A DNA stretch of 9,126 nt, taken from NCBI GenBank assembly GCA_027031765.1, contig JALVPN010000191.1:1-9126 (forward strand), given 5' to 3'. Under the pieces are notes generated by a model, which searched no databases, was not told the DNA's origin, and worked only from the letters and a program-made list of their open reading frames with translations. The translations under genes and the position numbers were made by a program. Source of the DNA: Promethearchaeota archaeon (lineage in GTDB: Archaea > Asgardarchaeota > Thorarchaeia > Thorarchaeales > Thorarchaeaceae). Of the stretch, positions 6,718-9,126 are shown piece after piece; positions within the stretch are counted from its first letter, which is position 1, and each line of letters opens with the position of its first letter.

Positions 6718-8421
6718 TCATGCCCCCTCCGGCCCCGATGTGTCCTCAGCAGTAGGCAGCCCTGTGTCCTGCGGTGGGGCTGCTGCTGAGAGCACCCTCG
6801 CACGCAGACCGGCGTACCAGGCAACGAGCCCGGCGGCGCGTGGTGCAAGCCTGCGCCGCAACCAGGTGGCGGGGGATTTCACAAGGCGCCAGGCAAGGCC
6901 CACACGAGAGGCAAGGAGGTAGCCGACAAGGATTATGGTCACCCCTACCAAGTAGATGTTCCGGGGCGGCACCACAATCATGAGGCTAAAGACGAACGGG
7001 AGCCACAGCATCGACGCTGAGAAGGGCACATGTCGCTCTCTGCTTGTGACCATACGGGAGGACGAGAACACCGAGAAGAACGGTGCGAAGAGCACGAAGT
7101 AGTACTTGTACACCCCGCGAGGGCCCATGAGATGCACCCACAGCATGAGGACCATGGTCATGAAGAGGAGGCGTCTGAGGTACTCGGTGTGTCGACCCTC
7201 TTCACGTGGTTCAATCAGCATCAGGCCGACCATTGTGAGTACGCCGGCCCACAGCAGGAAGCCGCTGTATATCAGGCCATTGAGGAACGCAGCCAGTTCT
7301 GGGGCACCGGCCACCACTGCAAGTACTTGGAACCGCATTGGTGATGCGTACTCTGGTGGGTCAACAAAGGAGTCGAGTGGAAAACCACCTGCTGCAAGCA
7401 TCATGTAGTCCAGCATCGTATCGTGCTGGGCGATGATGAAGGGCAGGAGGACTGCACCTGCATATATGATCACCAGTACCACGCTGAACAGGAAACCCCG
7501 GACATCGACATACTGGTTGACCCACTCTGCAATGCGTGCCACTGTGCCCGGCTGTGTGTCGCCCTCCACGGTCACGGTGGCATCCCCGGCCCCAGCTCCG
7601 GCCTCATCACCACTGTCACTCTCCGCGGTATCGGCCCCGGCGACCTCTGCGGCTGTGCTGTCCTCGCTCACAGGCCCTTCCTCAGAAGACGGGGGATGTG
7701 GGCGCAACAACAGGTACACTACAAGTGGCAGACCCATGAACCATGCAATCTGTTTGAACAGTGCCGCGGTGACAATCAGGAGTGTGCCGATGTGGCGGTG
7801 GCGTCGCAAGAGCATGTAGAAGCCCGAGAACCAGAAGAACACTACAGGCGAGAGGTTCATCCACACAAAGGTGACATGGTATAGGACATTGGGGCTGAGG
7901 AGATAGGTGAGGGCTGCCGCCTCTCCCACCCGGCGGTTGTCGGACAGCTCCTTTGCAATACCGTATACTGGGAACACTGTCAGGTAGCCGAAGACCGACA
8001 ACAGGAGGCCAATCCCCCAGTTGTCAACAGGGATCATTATGCCAGCAGCATATAGTACGGCATAGAGCGGGGGAAAGATGTACAGCCCGTTCCGGTTCAC
8101 AATACCGTCCATTTCGAGCACACCGAACTCGGGACAGTACGGCAGGACGCCATTCAGCATGTTGTGGCCCCAGTGGACGTAGTAGAAAGAGTAGTCACTG
8201 TACCCCTCGAACTGGACCGTGACCGAGTAGCCGAAGAGGTCGAAGGTACCATCACCGGTCCAGACAGAGCGCATGTTCCATGCACTGGTATCAAGATAGT
8301 CCGCGAGGGCGGTGTTGAACACCGTTGTCCACACGTACAGGCCGACTACCAGCACCACAATGAACAGGCAATAGTCCAAGATGAAACGCAGCAGGCGCCG
8401 CTTTATTGTGGCCGGGTCCAT
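6718..8421 (-). CDS. Multi-pass membrane protein, GT-C-fold glycosyltransferase (GT87/PIG-M/Alg3-like), paralogue B, about 567 aa
   Basis: Same motif series as paralogue A: FEGYSDYSFYY (8179-8211), G.LPY, YIFPPLY, LLSPNVLYH, FKQIAWF and PRGVYKYY. Start moved from 8448 to ATG 8421 (MDPATIKRR) by TATA spacing. Confidence 0.8.
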   Translation of the reverse strand: MDPATIKRRLLRFILDYCLFIVVLVVGLYVWTTVFNTALADYLDTSAWNMRSVWTGDGTFDLFGYSVTVQFEGYSDYSFYYVHWGHNMLNGVLPYCPEFGVLEMDGIVNRNGLYIFPPLYAVLYAAGIMIPVDNWGIGLLLSVFGYLTVFPVYGIAKELSDNRRVGEAAALTYLLSPNVLYHVTFVWMNLSPVVFFWFSGFYMLLRRHRHIGTLLIVTAALFKQIAWFMGLPLVVYLLLRPHPPSSEEGPVSEDSTAAEVAGADTAESDSGDEAGAGAGDATVTVEGDTQPGTVARIAEWVNQYVDVRGFLFSVVLVIIYAGAVLLPFIIAQHDTMLDYMMLAAGGFPLDSFVDPPEYASPMRFQVLAVVAGAPELAAFLNGLIYSGFLLWAGVLTMVGLMLIEPREEGRHTEYLRRLLFMTMVLMLWVHLMGPRGVYKYYFVLFAPFFSVFSSSRMVTSRERHVPFSASMLWLPFVFSLMIVVPPRNIYLVGVTIILVGYLLASRVGLAWRLVKSPATWLRRRLAPRAAGLVAWYAGLRARVLSAAAPPQDTGLPTAEDTSGPEGA

Positions 8422-8445
8422 AGGGGAGTCCCATACCTGCCCACT

Positions 8446-8451
8446 CATTAA
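8446..8451 (-). promoter_or_regulatory. Putative BRE/TATA (aaaccTTAATG) for the GT-C pair
   Basis: First T is 30 nt upstream of ATG 8421. It lies in the 58-nt gap after the Rad50-like stop codon. Confidence 0.6.
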
Positions 8452-8479
8452 GGTTTGGCCCGGCGTATCCCGGTGGGGA

Positions 8480-9126
8480 TCACTGACGGAGGACGGCAGT
8501 GCTGGAACGGCCAGCCTTCGTCACCTCGATCACAGGGACGCCCTCCCACTCCTGAATGTCCGTATGGGTGATGAGGAGTATCTGTTTGAAGCTGGAGTCA
8601 CCCATCAGGGTCTCGACGACCGCAGTCCTGCGTTCGTTGTCGAGGCCACCGAGTGGCTCGTCGAGGAGGACGGTCCGCACCCGCGGTGATATGCTCGGGC
8701 TGTCGCGGAGCGGCCGGACTGCACTCATGCTCCGACTGATGCCAAGGCGGAGTGCGAGGCTGACTGCTGTGCGGTCCCCATAGCTGAGCTGTAGTGTGTT
8801 CTTGTCGGCATCATCACGCTGGTCGTGGATGCTCAGGAGTATACCTGCGCCACCGCGGCTGGTACGGGGTGTGGGGAGCAGGTCAATCCGAGAGTACTGC
8901 CCCCCTGTGAATGCCCGGACGTACGGGTTTGTCGCGCTGCGGACGATGCCAATGAGGCGCTTCTGGACAACGTAGTCCGCAAGGAAACCGTTGACGAGCT
9001 TCAGACGGACGAACTCGGCATGCTCCTTGAGGCGCTTCAGGGCATGGATCTCTCGTTCCAGCTCGCCCATCCGTTCCCGTTCGCCTTCAAGGGCCTTGAC
9101 CCGCTCCTCCTCGTCCTTGCCCTGCG
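8480..9126 (-). CDS. rad50: Rad50/SbcC-like SMC-family ABC ATPase, C-terminal part (5' truncated by the window)
   Basis: The frame stays open to the window edge. A coiled coil (…EEERVKALEGERERMGELEREIHALKRLKEH) is followed by the signature LSYGD (8774-8788), ALRLGIS, Walker B/D-loop VLLDEPLGGLD (LLDEP 8654-8668) and the H-switch LITH. The gene symbol is by family resemblance only; a paralogous SMC-like ATPase is possible. Confidence 0.85.
   Translation of the reverse strand, partial: QGKDEEERVKALEGERERMGELEREIHALKRLKEHAEFVRLKLVNGFLADYVVQKRLIGIVRSATNPYVRAFTGGQYSRIDLLPTPRTSRGGAGILLSIHDQRDDADKNTLQLSYGDRTAVSLALRLGISRSMSAVRPLRDSPSISPRVRTVLLDEPLGGLDNERRTAVVETLMGDSSFKQILLITHTDIQEWEGVPVIEVTKAGRSSTAVLRQ

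Noticed and set aside
5226-8783. Many short ORFs (60-153 aa) antisense or out of frame within the GT-C and Rad50 genes
   Set aside because: They are nested inside confident genes and lack motifs, so they are best read as shadows.

Overview
GC-rich archaeal chromosomal segment, most likely Asgard (Thorarchaeota-like). The taxonomy is an inference from the PolB1-type polymerase, the cytoplasmic GIFT/IFT52-like protein and the GT-C paralogues. Seven genes are present: (1) a family B DNA polymerase of the PolB1 type on the minus strand, running off the left edge and missing from the ORF track; (2) a divergent PPC/DUF296 protein; (3) a HIT-family hydrolase; (4) a soluble protein with an IFT52-like GIFT domain, a low-complexity linker and a coiled coil with a SHOCT-like end; (5, 6) two tandem paralogous GT-C-fold membrane glycosyltransferases; (7) the C-terminal end of a Rad50/SbcC-like ABC ATPase, running off the right edge. 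A TTA(A/T)-type TATA box lies 30-31 nt upstream of four probable start codons, which suggests leaderless mRNAs and corrects several ORF-track starts. I saw no RNA genes, CRISPR arrays or mobile elements. The most notable items are the IFT52-like protein, the polymerase's N-terminal PIP box on a long disordered tether, its Pol epsilon-like Cys cluster, the GT-C pair, and a non-canonical Rad50 signature (LSYGD). All family assignments come from manual translation and remembered motifs, not database searches.
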